Below are positions 1 to 12,748 of a stretch of DNA of 39,098 bases, in pieces. The stretch lies in assembly GCA_002269645.1 (NCBI GenBank), contig NIVC01004657.1, positions 1-39,098 on the forward strand, read 5' to 3'. The notes beneath the pieces were generated by a model. The model saw only the letters and a list, made by a program, of their open reading frames with translations. It was not told where the DNA came from and did no database searches. Position 1 is the stretch's first letter. Every line of letters begins with the position of its first letter. Made by a program: the position numbers and the translations under genes. Origin of the DNA: Macrostomum lignano. Lineage: Eukaryota.

Positions 1-660
1 ATGTACATTAACGGTTGATAAGCAAGCCCCATCAGACCCCCATTGTACATTAACGGTGATAAGCAAGCCCCATCAGACCCTCATTGTACATTAACGGTGA
101 TAAGCAAGCCCCATCAGACCCCCAATGTACATTAACGGTGATAAGCAAGCCCCATCAGACCCCATTGTACATTAACGGTGATAAGCAAGCCCCATCAGAC
201 CCTCATTGTACATTAACGGAGATAAGCAAGCCCCATCAGACCCCCATTGTACATTAACGGTGATAAGCGAACCCTATCAGACCCTCATTGTACATTAACG
301 GTGATAAGCAAGCCCCATCAGACCCCCTTTGTACATTAACGGTGATAAGCAAGCCCCATCAGACCCCAATGTACACTCGCAGTGGATAGCCAACCCCATC
401 AGACCCCAATGTACACTCGCAGTGGATAGCCAACCCCATCTAACCCCAACGTACACTCGCAGTGGATAGCCAACCCCATCAAACCCCAACGTACACTCGC
501 AGTGGATAGCCAACCCCATCAAACCTCAACGTACACTCGGCACTCGCAGTGGATAGCCAACCCCATCTAACCCAATGTACATTCGCGTGCTAGCCAACCC
601 CATCTAACCCCAATGCACATTCGCGTAGACAGCCTGCCCAATCAGCCCCCACCACCCCAG
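1..660. repeat. ~40-bp intronic minisatellite with two subtypes grading into each other (gtacattaacggtgataagcaagccccatcagacccc -> gtacactcgcagtggatagccaaccccatc), decaying near 600-660
   Basis: Tandem units read directly. Lies upstream of the first ANKFY1 exon in the window. Confidence 0.95.
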
Positions 661-693
661 TGCACACAGTTCATCAATCCTTCCCCATCGCAG

Positions 694-3600
694 TCGGACT
701 TCGCTCCCGAAGATTTCTCGGCAATGCCTGCACCGCTGCTGCTGGACATGCTGGAATCCAAGCTGGACTTCCCGCTGCACGCGCCGTCAAATCGAAACGG
801 GACGACGTTGTCTTCCTCTATTTGAGTCGGCACTTCAATCAAGTAAGCAATTTTTGCTTTAAAACATTTTGCTTTGGCTTAGACTTTAGCTTACTGAAGG
901 AATTGGCAATATCTGAAGGCTTATGATTTCATTTTCATTTGAAACCTGCGCGCATTGGCATTCCTGCCTGCAGGACCGGTCCAGCGTCAACCAGCTGGAC
1001 TCGAAAGGCGCGAGCACCCGCTGGGCCTGGCCCTCAGCCTCAAACTGGAGGGCATCGCCGAGAACCTGCTGGCGCACAACGCCAACCTCAACAGCCGCGA
1101 CCCTGACGGATTCTCGCTGCTGCACCGCGCCATCCGGGATGGTGAGCTCGACTGGCACTACTCACACTCACTCACTCACTCACTCACTCGCTCACTCACT
1201 CATTCACTCACTCACTCACTCATTCACTCACTCACTCACTCACTCATTCACTCACTAACTCACTCACCCACATTCACTCATTCGCTCATATATTCACTCA
1301 CACTCATTCACTCACTCACTCACTCACTCATTCACTCATTCACTCATATATTCACTCACTCACTCACTCACTCACTCATTCACTCACTCACTCACTCACA
1401 TTCACTCATTCGCTCATATATTCACTCACACTCATTCACTCACTCACTCACTCACTCACACACTCATTCACTCACTCACTCACTCACATTCACTCATTCA
1501 CTCATATTCACTCACACTCATTCACTCATTCACTCATATATTCACTCACACTCAATCGCTCACTCACTCACTCACTCACTCACTCACTCACTCACTCATT
1601 CACTCACTCACTCACTCACTCACTCACTCATTCACTCACTCACTCACTCACTCACTCACTCACTCACTCACTCACACACACTTTCTCACTCAGTCACTCG
1701 CTCTACCAGCTGTTCCCTTCACTACTACAAGCCATTATTCACTGGAATGAGTTCTCCAACTGCACCGAACGCCCGCCGGCCCGCAGAGGACGAATTCGCT
1801 GCCGCATTTCTCATCACCCGCGGATGCGACGTGAATTGCGAGGCGCCCGCCAACCGGCGCAGTCCGCTGCATCAGTGCGCCGCCGCGGTGTCCGACTGCC
1901 TGTTCAGCATCGCCGAGCAGCTCGTCATCAAGGGTGCGCGGGTCAACGCGCAGGACGCCGACGGCGCGTCGCCACTTCACCTGGCCGTGTCGGCCGGCAA
2001 CTCGAGCGTCTTCGGCTTGCTGCTGTCGCACCCGGACCTGGACGCCAACCTGGCGGACGCGGCTGGCAGCGTGCCGCTCTGGCTGACGCTGCGTCGAGTC
2101 GACTGCGGGCCCGGCGACGCCGAGGCCAGGCGGATGTGCGCCGAACTCGTGCGCAAAGGGGCGTCACCCGACGCGACTGGGACACGTTTCCATGGTGACA
2201 GTCTGTTGCACAGGTGAATGGATGGCTAAGCAACGGTTGCTATGCTGAGTATTGATGGGTTCTTCTGGTTGCTATGCGACAGTTGCTATTTTGAGTATTG
2301 ATGGGTTCCTCTGGTTGCTAGGCAACGGTTGCTATGCTGAGTATTGATGGGTTCTTCTGGTTGCTAGGCGACGGTTGCTATGCTGAGTATTGATGGATTC
2401 TTTTGGTTGCTAGGCGACGGTTGCTATGCTGAGTATCGATGGGTTTTTCTGGTTGCTATGCTGAGTATTGATGGGTTCTTCTGGTTGCTAGGTGACGGTT
2501 GCTATGCTGACTATGGATGGGTTTTTCTGGTTGCTATGCGATGATTGCTATGTTGAGTATTGATGAGTTCTTCTGGTTGCTAGGCGACGGTTGCTATGCT
2601 GAGTATTGATAGGTTCTTCTGGTTGCTAGAATGCTAGGCGACGGTTGCTATGCTGAGTATTTATGGGTTCTTTTGGTTGCTAGGCGATCGTTTTTTATTA
2701 GTGTCAACTTTAATAAGTTATTTTGGCTTCTACTTTGGTTATGGAGTTCTAGTTGCTACGGCAACGGTGGCTATTACTTCATGATCCCCATGCTAAAATA
2801 AAAATGCCTCATATCCCGCACTGCCAGGTGCGCCCGGGACCGGATGGAGCAGGCGGCCATCTACCTGTGCCAGCTGGGCGCCAAGCCGAACACCCGAAAT
2901 GAGAGGGGCGAGACACCGCTGCACACGGCCGCCCACCTGGGCCTGGCGGGCCTCGCCAAGGCGCTGCTGGCGGCTGGCGCGGACCCCAACACCCAGATGA
3001 CCGGCTGCCTGCAGCCCAGCGGCGAGTCCGACGTCACCATGCAGACCGCCATACACCTGGCCATCTGCGGTGGCCACAGGCAGCTTGTGCAGGTGGGGCT
3101 GAAATTCTGCCTGTGCTTTTTCCATGCTTACTGGCTCACATTGTCGATTATTCCAGTTATGTACATTTAATTTTACATGTCCATATGAGTTGTGATATTC
3201 CCATGTCGATATTACCATGTCGACATTCCCATGTCGATATGCCCATGTCAACATTCCCATGTCGATATTCCCATGTCGATATTCCTATGTCGATAATTTC
3301 AATGTCGATATTCCCATGTCGATATTCCCATGTCGATATTCCCATGTCGACATTCCCATGTCGACATTCCCATGTCGATATTACCATGTCGACATTCCCA
3401 TGTCGATATTCCCATGTCGATATTCCCATGTCGATAATTTCAATGTCGATATTCCCATGTCGATAATTTCCATGTTGATATTCCCATGTCGATAATTTCC
3501 ATGTTGATATTCCTATGTCGATAATTTCCATGTCGACATCCATGTCGATTCCATTCGCAGACTCTGCTGGTGTCCGACCTGAGTGTCCGCGACTCGCAGG

Positions 3601-6600
3601 GCAACTCAGCCTTCAGCCTGGCGCTGTGGAACGGGATGGTGGACGTGGCCGATCAGCTGCTCCGAGCCGGCGCCTGCATCAACGAGGCCAACGCCGAGGG
3701 CCTCAGCCTGCTGCAACAGGCGGTGCTGCTGCACTCGGCCAGGGCCGCCCTGTTCCTCATTGAGCACGGGGCCGACATTCACTACGTGTGAGCTGGGGGA
3801 GGTCGAATGAGTCACTTGTTTACTATGAGTGATTAAGGGTCATTTTTTGAGCTCATCAAGAAATGAGTCATACAGAGAGCTCATCAAAGTAATCATCATT
3901 TAGAATGAGTCATACAGAAAACTCACCAAAGTAATCATCATTTAGAATGAGTCATACAGAAAACTCATCAAAGTAATCATCATTTAGAATGAGTCATACA
4001 GAAAACTCATCAAAGTAATCATCATTTAGAATGAGCATACAGAAAACTCATCAAAGTAATCATCATTTAGAATGAGTCATACAGAAAACTCATCAAAGTA
4101 ATCATCATTTAGAATGAGTCATACAGAAAACTCATCAAAGTAATCATCATTTAGAATGAGTCATACAGAAAACTCATCAAAGTAATCATCATTTAGAATG
4201 AGTCATACAGAAAACTCATCAAAGTAATCATCATTTAGAATGAGCATACAGAAAACTCATCAAAGTAATCATCATTTAGAATGAGTCATACAGAAAACTC
4301 ATCAAAGTAATCATCATTTAGAATGAGCATACAGAAAACTCATCAAAGTAATCATCATTTAGAATGAGTCATACAGAAAACTCATCAAAGTAATCATCAT
4401 TTAGACTGAGTCATACAGAAAACTCATCCTAGTAATCATCATTTAGAATGAGTCATACAGAAAACTCATCAAAAGTTCATCATTTAGAATGAGTCATACA
4501 GAGCAGTAATAAAATACTCAACGAGAGTGAGTCATGCAGCGAAATAATAAATCAATTATTCACTATCGCCTCATGCCCAGAAACCCGTCAGGCGAGTCCA
4601 GCCTCCAGCTCGCCATCAAGGCGCAGCTGCCAGCCGTGGTGAAGGTGCTCTGCCAGCGGGGCGCCAACCTGGAGACCGGCTGCCCGCTCAGCCTGGCGCT
4701 GGAAGCTGGGCAGGAGGAGATGGCGGCCATCCTGATTGAGCACGGCGCCTCCGTGACCCCCTGGCTGCCGGGCCCGGAGGCCGGCCAGGAGCGCACGCTG
4801 CTGCAGCAGCTGCTGGATGGCGGCCAGGAGCGAAGCGCCGTCTTCCTCATCCGCCGCGGCGCCGAAGTCAATGTCATCACGAGGGGCTGCGAGGACAAGC
4901 AGACTCCCCTGCACGTGTGCGCGCAGTGGGGATTGGAGGTATGGGAGTTGGGGAGTGGAAGTGTGGGATATGTTGAGGTGGAGGTGTGGGAGTTGGGGAG
5001 TGGAGGTGTGGGAGTTGGGGAGTGGAATTGTGGGAGTTGGGGAGTGGAAGTGTGGGATTTGGGGAGTGGAAGTGTGGGATTTGGGGAGTGGAAGTGTGGG
5101 AGTTGGAGATTGGAGGTATGGGAGTTGGGGAGTGGAAGTGTGGGAGTTGGGGAGTGGAAGTGTGGGAGTTGGGGATTGGAGGTATGGGAGTTGGGGAGTG
5201 GAAGTGTGGGAGTTGGGGATTGGAGGTGTGGGAGTTGGGGAGTGGAGGTGTGAGATTTGAGGAGGTGGAGGTGTGGGAGTTGAGGAGTGGAGGTGTGGGA
5301 TTTGAGGAGGTGGAGGTATGGGAGTTGGGGAGTGGAAGTGTGGGATATGTTGAGGTGGAGGTGTGGGAGTTGGGGAGTGGAGGTGTGGGATTTGAGGAGG
5401 TGGAGGTGTGGGAGTTGGGGAGTGGAGGTGTGGGAGTTGGGGAGTGAAAGTGTGGGAGTTGGGGAGTGGAAGTGTGGGAGTTGGGGAGTGGAATTGTGGG
5501 AGTTGGGGAGTGGAAGTGTGGGAGTTGGGGAGTGGAAGTGTGGGTGTTAGGGAGTGGAAGTGTGAGAGTTGGGGAGTGGAAGTGTGGGAGTTGGGGAGTG
5601 GAAGTGTGTAGTTGGGGAGTGGAAGTGTGGGAGTTGGGGAGTGGAAGTGTGGGAGTTGAGGATTGGAGGTATGGGAGTTGGGGAGTGGAAGTGTGGGATA
5701 TGTTGAGGTGGAGGTGTGGGAGTTGGGGAGTGGAGGTGTGGGATTTGAGGAGGTGGAGGTGTGGGAGTTGGGGAGTGGAGGTGTGGGAGTTGGGGAGTGG
5801 AAGTGGGGAGTGGAAGTGTGGAGTTGGGGAGTGGAAGTGTGGGAGTTGGGGAGTGGAAGTGTGGGAGTTGAGGATTGGAGGTATGGGAGCTGGGGAGTGG
5901 AAGTGTGGGAGTTGGGGAGTGGAAGTGTGGGAGTTGGGGATTGGAGGTATGGGAGTTGGGGAGTGGAAGTGTGGGATATGTTGAGGTGGAGGTGTGGGAG
6001 TTGGGGAGTGGAGGTGTGGGATATGTTGAGGTGGAGGTGTGGGAGTTGGGGAGTGAAAGTGTGGGAGTTGGGGAGTGGAAGTGTGGGAGTTGGGGAGTGG
6101 AAGTGGGGAGTGGAAGTGTGGAGTTGGGGAGTGGAAGTGTGGGAGTTGGGGAGTGGAAGTGTGGGAGTTGAGGATTGGAGGTATGGGAGTTGGGGAGTGG
6201 AAGTGTGGGATATGTTGAGGTGGAGGTGTGGGAGTTGGGGAGTGGAGGTGTGGGATTTGAGGAGGTGGAGGTGTGGGAGTTGGGGAGTGGAGGTGTGGGA
6301 TTTGAGGAGGTGGAGGTGTGGGAGTTGGGGAGTGGAGGTGTGGGAGTTGGGGAGTGGAGGTGTGGGATTTGAGGAGGTGGAGGTGTGGGATTTAGGGAGG
6401 TGGAGTTGTGGAAGTTGGGGAGTGGAGGTGTGGGATTTGAGGAGGTGGAGGTGTGGGATTTAGGGAGGTGGAGTTGTGGAAGTTGGGGAGTGGAGGTGTG
6501 GGATATGTTGAGGTGGAGGTGTGGGAGTTGGGAAGTGGAGGTGTGGGATTTGGGGAGCGGAGGTGTGGGAGTTGGGGAGTGGAGGTGTGGGATTTGGGGA

Positions 6601-8039
6601 GGTGGAGATGTGGTATTTGGGAAAGTGAGGTGTGGGATTTGGGGAGTGGAGATGTGGGATTTGGGGAGTGGAGGTGTGGGATTTGGGGAGTAGAGGTGTG
6701 GGATTTGGGGAGTGGAGGTGTGGGATTTGGGGAGTGGAGGTGTGGGATTTGGGGAGTGGAGGTGTGGGATTTGGGGAGTACAGGTGTGGCATTTACAATC
6801 ACCACCGAACACCGCAGGGCGCCACCCACGCCCTCATCGAGCGCAACGCCGACGTGAACGCGCAGGACGCGGACGGCAACACGCCGCTGCACCTGGCCAT
6901 TCAGGGCGGCCACATGACGGTCGTCAGCCTGCTGCTGTCGCACCCGGGCCTCGACCTGCGCCTGCGCAACGCGCGCGGCGCCACGCCGTTCGCCTCCGCG
7001 ATGGAGTCGCGCAGCCAGCGAGTCGCTCAGGCTATCGTCGATCGCGAGCCGACGGCGCCGGAGCTGCGGGACAACCAGGTGCGATGGGATTCTCATTGTA
7101 GCCTGTCTGCATCACTCTGTCTCATTGTAGCCTGCCTGCATCACCTTGTGTCTCAATTGGGTTGCCTGCATCACTCTGTGTCTCAATTGGGTTGCCTGCA
7201 TCACTCTGTGTCTCGATTGGGTTGCCTTGGGTTGCCAGGGTTACATTTTAGCCTCATCAAATTGATCTCCTCCACCCCCAGGGCCGCAACTTTCTGCACA
7301 AGGCGGTGCTGAAGGCCGACCTGGACAGCGTCCTGTTCCTCATCTCAATCAGCGCCGATGTGAACTCGCGGGTTCGCGACCAGACCGAGCTCGCCCCGCT
7401 GCACCTCTGCGTCGCCGCGCCGTCCACTGACGCCACGTCGAGCGTGGCGCGTCACCTCCTGCTTGCTGGCGCCGACCCCAACGCCCGCACCAGCGGCCAG
7501 CGACGGACGCCGCTGCACCTGGCCTGCGCTGCCGGCAACTGCGACCTCGCCGGAATCCTGCTAGAGAACGAATCTGTCGAGGTGAACTGCACCGACGATG
7601 GCGGCGAGACTCCGCTGCACCTGGCGATGCGCGAGGGCCACCTGCCGGTCTGCCGCCTCCTCCTGCAGCAGCACCGCCGCCCGCGGCCGCAGCTGCTCAG
7701 CGCCGCCAACATCCGTGGCCAGACGCCGCTGCACCTGCTGGCTCAGTACGGCCGGGAGAACGCCGCCAGCATCTTCGACTGCGTGATGGCCGCCGAGCCG
7801 CAGACCAGCGTCGACTTGCCCGACGCTGAGGGCAACACGGCGCTGCTGCTGGCCTACATACAGGGCAACGTGCGGCTCTGCACCGCCCTGGTGCGGGCTG
7901 GTGCCAGCCTGGGGGCCATCAACAAGTACGGCAAGACCGTCTTCAACCACCAGGTGAGCTTGCTGTGTCTGTCTGCCTGTCTGTCTGTCTGCCTGTCTGT
8001 CTGTCTGTCTGTCTGTCTTTCTGTCTGTCTGTCTGTATT

Positions 8040-8094
<55 letters not shown>

Positions 8095-8147
8095 GCCTCT
8101 GTCTGTCCGCCTGTCTGCCTGCCTGTCTGCCTGCCTGTCTGCCTGCC

Positions 8148-8221
<74 letters not shown>

Positions 8222-8223
8222 CC

Positions 8224-8280
<57 letters not shown>

Positions 8281-8292
8281 TGTCTGTTTTAG

Positions 8293-8341
<49 letters not shown>

Positions 8342-8464
8342 TAGTGTCTGTCTGTCTGTCTTAGTGTCTGTCTTAGTGTCTGTCTGTCTGCCTGTCTGTC
8401 TGTCTGCCTGCCTGCCTGTCTGTCTGCCTGTCTGTCTGTCTGTCTGCCTGCCTGTCTGCCTGCC

Positions 8465-8525
<61 letters not shown>

Positions 8526-8572
8526 TAGTGTCTGCCTGTCTGTCTGTCTTAGTGTCTGTCTTTCTGTCTTAG

Positions 8573-8661
<89 letters not shown>

Positions 8662-8957
8662 TAGTGTCTGTCTTAGTGTCTGTCTGTCTGCCTGTCTGTC
8701 TGTCTGCCTGTCTGTCTGTCTGCCTGCCTGTCTGTCTGTCTTTCTGTCTGTCTGTCTGCCTGCCTGCCTGTCTGCCTGTCTGTCTGCCTGTCTGTCTGTC
8801 TGTCTGCCTGTCTGTCTGTCTGTCTGCCTGCCTGCCTGTCTGTCTGTCTGTCTGCCTGCCTGCCTGTCTGTCTTAGTGTCTGTCTGTCTCTGTGTGTGTG
8901 TGTCTGTCTGTCTGTCTGCCTGCCTGCCTGCCTGCCTGCCTGTCTGTCCGTCTGTCT

Positions 8958-8991
<34 letters not shown>

Positions 8992-9304
8992 CTGTCTGTC
9001 TCCAGTCTCCAGCCGCCCCTGCGCCACCACTCAGGTGCCAACCACCAGCAAGCAGCTGCTGCACACCCTGCTGGACATCCTGGACAAGGAGCCGGGCTGG
9101 GTGGACGGCGACTTCTGCCTGGAATGCGGCACCCGGTTCAGCCTGAAGACCCGCAAGCATCACTGCCGGCACTGCGGCCGCCTGCTATGCGCGAGCTGCT
9201 CCAAGCAGCAGTGCGCCATCGTGAAGTACGGCATGCGCAAGCCGGAGCGGGTCTGCCAGTTCTGCTTCGACTACATCACCTGCCGCTACGGAGTGTCCGA
9301 TTGA
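694..9304 (+). CDS. ANKFY1: Ankyrin repeat and FYVE domain protein 1 (Rabankyrin-5), 5'-partial (BTB-encoding exons lie upstream of the window); two apparent frameshifts near 781 and 1010
   Basis: Exons with GT-AG ends and matching phases: 694-842, 974-1141, 1787-2213, 2828-3092, 3561-3787, 4581-4938, 6818-7078, 7282-7953, 9035-9304 (TGA). Peptides [61 protein letters not shown] and the C-terminal FYVE motif [19 protein letters not shown] are collinear with human ANKFY1 as I recall it. Confidence 0.95.
1160..1700. repeat. (CACT)n/(CATT)n microsatellite in ANKFY1 intron 1142-1786
   Basis: Tetranucleotide run seen directly. Confidence 0.97.
2231..2688. repeat. ~46-bp intronic minisatellite (gacggttgctatgctgagtattgatgggttcttctggttgctaggc)
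   Basis: About 10 tandem units inside intron 2214-2827. Confidence 0.95.
3195..3550. repeat. 14-bp intronic minisatellite (cccatgtcgatatt)
   Basis: Tandem units running up to the acceptor at 3560. Confidence 0.95.
3860..4500. repeat. 42-bp intronic minisatellite (agaatgagtcatacagaaaactcatcaaagtaatcatcattt)
   Basis: About 15 near-identical units in intron 3788-4580. Confidence 0.96.
4927..6790. repeat. G-rich degenerate minisatellite (ggggagtggaagtgtgggagtt and variants) filling intron 4939-6817
   Basis: Seen directly. The many overlapping VWELGS/PTPPLP ORFs here are translations of this repeat. Confidence 0.96.
7095..7230. repeat. Short ~30-bp tandem repeat (gcctgcatcactctgtgtctcaattgggtt), 3-4 copies
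   Basis: Seen in intron 7079-7281. Confidence 0.8.
7965..9000. repeat. (CTGT)n/(CTGC)n microsatellite in the last ANKFY1 intron (7954-9034)
   Basis: About 1 kb tetranucleotide run. Confidence 0.97.
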
Positions 9305-9336
9305 CGCATTCAATTTTTTTATGACGTTACGTCTTG

Positions 9337-9342
9337 AATAAA
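9337..9342 (+). terminator. Probable polyadenylation signal AATAAA of ANKFY1
   Basis: AATAAA 33 nt after the stop codon, followed by a T-rich tract. Confidence 0.6.
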
Positions 9343-9404
9343 ATTGTTTTGCCTTGAAATTCTCCATGAAATATGCGATTCCCTTTTAAATTTATATTGA
9401 AATT

Positions 9405-10315
9405 CCCCAGTGATCAAGTGAGAAATTACCTAATGATCAAGTGAGAAATTCCCCAATAAACAAGTGAGCAATTCCCCAAAAATCAAGTGAGCGATTCCCC
9501 AATAATCAAGTGAACAATTCCCCAGTGAGCAAGTGAGCAATTCCCCAATAATCAAGTGAGCAATTCCCCAATAATCAAGTGAGCAATTCCCCAGTAATCA
9601 AGTGAGCAATTCCCCAATAATCAAGTGAGCAATTCCCCAATAATCAAGTGAGCAATTCCCCAATAATCAAGTGAACAATTCCCCAGTGAGCAAGTGAGCA
9701 ATTCCCCAATAATCAAGTGAGCAATTCCCCAATAATCAAGTGAGCAATTCCCCAGTAATCAAGTGAGCAATTCCCCAATAATCAAGTGAGCAATTCCCCA
9801 GTGAGCAAGTGAGCAATTCCCCAATAATCAAGTGAGCAATTCCCCAGTGAGCAAGTGAGCAATTCCCCAATAATCAAGTGAGCGATTCCCCAATAAGCAA
9901 GTAAGCAATTCCCCAATAAGCAAGTGAGCAATTCCCCAGTAATCAAGTGAGCAATTCCCCAATAATCAAGTAAGCAATTCCCCAATAAGCAAGTGAGCAA
10001 TTCCCCAATAATCAAGTGAGCAATTCCCCAGTGAGCAAGTGAGCAATTCCCCAATAATCAAGTGAGCGATTCCCCAATAAGCAAGTAAGCAATTCCCCAA
10101 TAAGCAAGTGAGCAATTCCCCAATAATCAAGTGAGCAGTTCCCCAATAATCAAGTAAAAAATTCCCCAATGAGCAAGTGAGCAATTCCCCAGCAATCAAG
10201 TGAGCAGTTCCCCAATAATCAAGTGAGCAGTTCCCCAATAATCAAGTAAAAAATTCCCCAATGAGCAAGTGAGCAATTCCCCAGCAATCAAGTGAGCAGT
10301 TCCCCAATAATTAGC
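9405..10315. repeat. 23-bp minisatellite (aatcaagtgagcaattccccaat)
   Basis: About 40 tandem units downstream of ANKFY1. Confidence 0.96.
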
Positions 10316-10925
10316 AATAATCAATCAAGTGATCATAATCTTGATTCCTTCTCAACCTTGAAGCGACCGTCACAAACAAGACTTTCTGGCTGTGGCAGTT
10401 CGAAGTTGTTTTCGCTGGATTTGATCTCACAGTAAAACAAAATAAGCCAGGAAATCGCAGGTCACCGAAGGCTGACATTCTCAGCACCAACTGCCTGACT
10501 TCTACAGGCGGATCGATCTTTAGTTTATTATTTTATTAAAATTTTGATTGTCTGGTCTTGTTCTAGCACAATATGCTCCTGCTTTATAAATATGCTTCAA
10601 TAATTGATCATTTATGGATTAGAATTTTTAGTAATTATAAGTTCGCGCAGAGACTTTTGTATTTTTCAATAAATCATTCTGGTTTTCACTGCGTGGCTGA
10701 TCTTGCAAGACGATTCTCCGTCATACGAGTACTTGCTGATTTTGCAATTGTTAATTTACGAGTATATATACAACCTTGATTCGTTCAATTCAGTTCAATT
10801 ATTTCATGTAGCTACTGAAGTGAGTAGTGTGTTTTGAATTTTTGCACTTTAATTGTTTGGAGAACTTTAAAGTTCAAAGCAATTTAGTGAGAGCTGTTAT
10901 TGAAGCTTTGGGAAGCTTTCATTAA

Positions 10926-11020
10926 ATGGCGCCAATCACCGCGCTCTCTTCATGGCGCCAATCACCGCGGGCTCTTCATGGCGCCAATCACTACGCGCTC
11001 TTCATGGCGTCAATCACCGC
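10926..11020. repeat. 26-bp tandem repeat (atggcgccaatcaccgcgctctcttc), ~4 copies
   Basis: Seen directly. Confidence 0.8.
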
Positions 11021-11801
11021 GCACGCTGCAAGTGACACGGCGTGATGGTCAGAGTTCGGACAACGGTAGCAAGACGGTGAAATCACTATGTAACTAACGC
11101 GCTGGGCAGCCCGAGAAGTCTGAGATGAGAATGTACATGTACAAGATTAAAAATTGACACTCAACTGCGCACAGAACTGCACTGCACTGCGCACTGCGCA
11201 CCCGGCTTCCGTGATACTCAGAGAAAGCAAGTGCGTGTGCGCTTCGAATTCCTCGGCGAATTGCCGCCATGCTGTAGAATGTTGCAATGTTGCCGTGTTG
11301 CAACAGTGTTGCAATTTAAAGTGTTCCAATTTACAGTGCTGCAATCTAGTGTTGCAACGCCCAGGGTTGCAATCTACATGTACAGGGTTGCAATCTACAT
11401 GTTCAGGGTTGCAATTCTACATGTACAGGGTTGCAATGTACAGGTTTCCAATGTACAATGTAAAATTGTTCAAATTGCAATTTTTCCAGCCTTCTGTCCG
11501 ATCCAGTGGCAGCTTTTAATGAACTGCTGCTTGAAGATTTTTGCTTGACTTGATAAACGGCTTTGGCTTGGCTTCCCGTTGAAAAATTATGGAAACATTT
11601 ACAGGAACTTTTGCCTATGAAAGTTACCAAAAAGTTACCATTCTCGCAGCCAATCGGAAGGCGTACGCGTTAGGAAACATTTACACACATAGCCAATCAG
11701 AGGGCCGGAATATGGTAACTTTTGGCAGAAAAGTTACCAAAAGTTACCATTTCAAATTTACACGTACGGGGATAGGGAGTTCCCAAAAGTTCCCAAAAGT
11801 T

Positions 11802-12125
11802 GCCATTGATGTTTCCATTCGCTTCTGGTGAGAAGCTCCCAAAAGTTACCAAAAGTTGCCATTGATGTTTCCATTCGTTTCTGTTGAGAAGCTCCCATAA
11901 GTTCCCAAAAGTTGCCATTGATGTTTCCATTCGTTTCTGTTGAGAAGCTCCCATAAGTTCCCAAAAGTTGCCATTGATGTTTCCATTCGTTTCTGTTGAG
12001 AAGCTCCATAAGTTCCCAAAAGTTGCCATTGATGTTTCCATTCGTTTCTGTTGAGAAGCTCCCATAAGTTCCCAAAAGTTGCCATTGATGTTTCCATTCG
12101 CTTCTGGTGAGAAGCTCCCAAAAGT
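11802..12125. repeat. 56-bp subterminal tandem repeat x6 in the TIR element
   Basis: Units start at 11802, 11858, 11914, 11970, 12026 and 12082. Confidence 0.95.
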
Positions 12126-12748
12126 TACAATTGATGGTTTAATTTGCCTATTGTAAGAAAATTGCTTAGGCTGACAATTTCCCATTGTAATAATTATTCA
12201 CTTCTGATTAAAAGCAAATAGAAGTTAAGGTAAAATTCTCTCAAGAGTTTTGAGTTTGGTAGTGGATCTGGGTAACAAAATGGGAGAAACAGTTTGTTAG
12301 GTGTGTATTTATAACACTGTAAATGCAAAAAATGCTGATTGGCTAGTAGTTTGTAGCAGTGAAAAAAGAAGGAAACAGCAGTATGAGAATGCAATATAAC
12401 GACTTAACGTAACAATGAAAAACATAAAAAGATTACCAAAAGCACACTATACATAGTAAATGCAGTGTGAGTATTGATGAAGAGAAAGAACAACAATGTC
12501 ATCCAAATTAAATTCAAACAAAAGTTAACGTGGAGCAAAAAATGTAAGGCAAAGGTAATCTAGTTGAATTTAAACAGTTTCAACAATGGAACAGCAATTC
12601 ATTTAACAATTAAAAAAATATTTTGATTCCCGTACACTAATCCCGGCACATGTTTGACGCAGTTGCAATTAGTCGAAAACGAATAGCCGTAAAGCTTATT
12701 AGCAGCAGCATACGAGTACACGGACTGGGGAATATTACAAAAAACTGT

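Noticed and set aside
613-693. N-terminal part of ORF 613-825 as coding, with an acceptor at 628
   Set aside because: It is a decayed copy of the upstream repeat. Homology begins at SDFAPEDF, after the better acceptor ttccccatcgcag at 693.
4563-9172. Long ORFs such as [27 protein letters not shown] and TDRQTDRQ
   Set aside because: They are translations of stop-poor intronic repeats that are spliced out by the ANKFY1 GT-AG boundaries.
9405-10315. Array of NK2 (TCAAGTG) or NF-kB-like (GGGGAATTGC) sites
   Set aside because: The NF-kB match is imperfect and short motifs arise easily in any repeat unit; there is no independent support.
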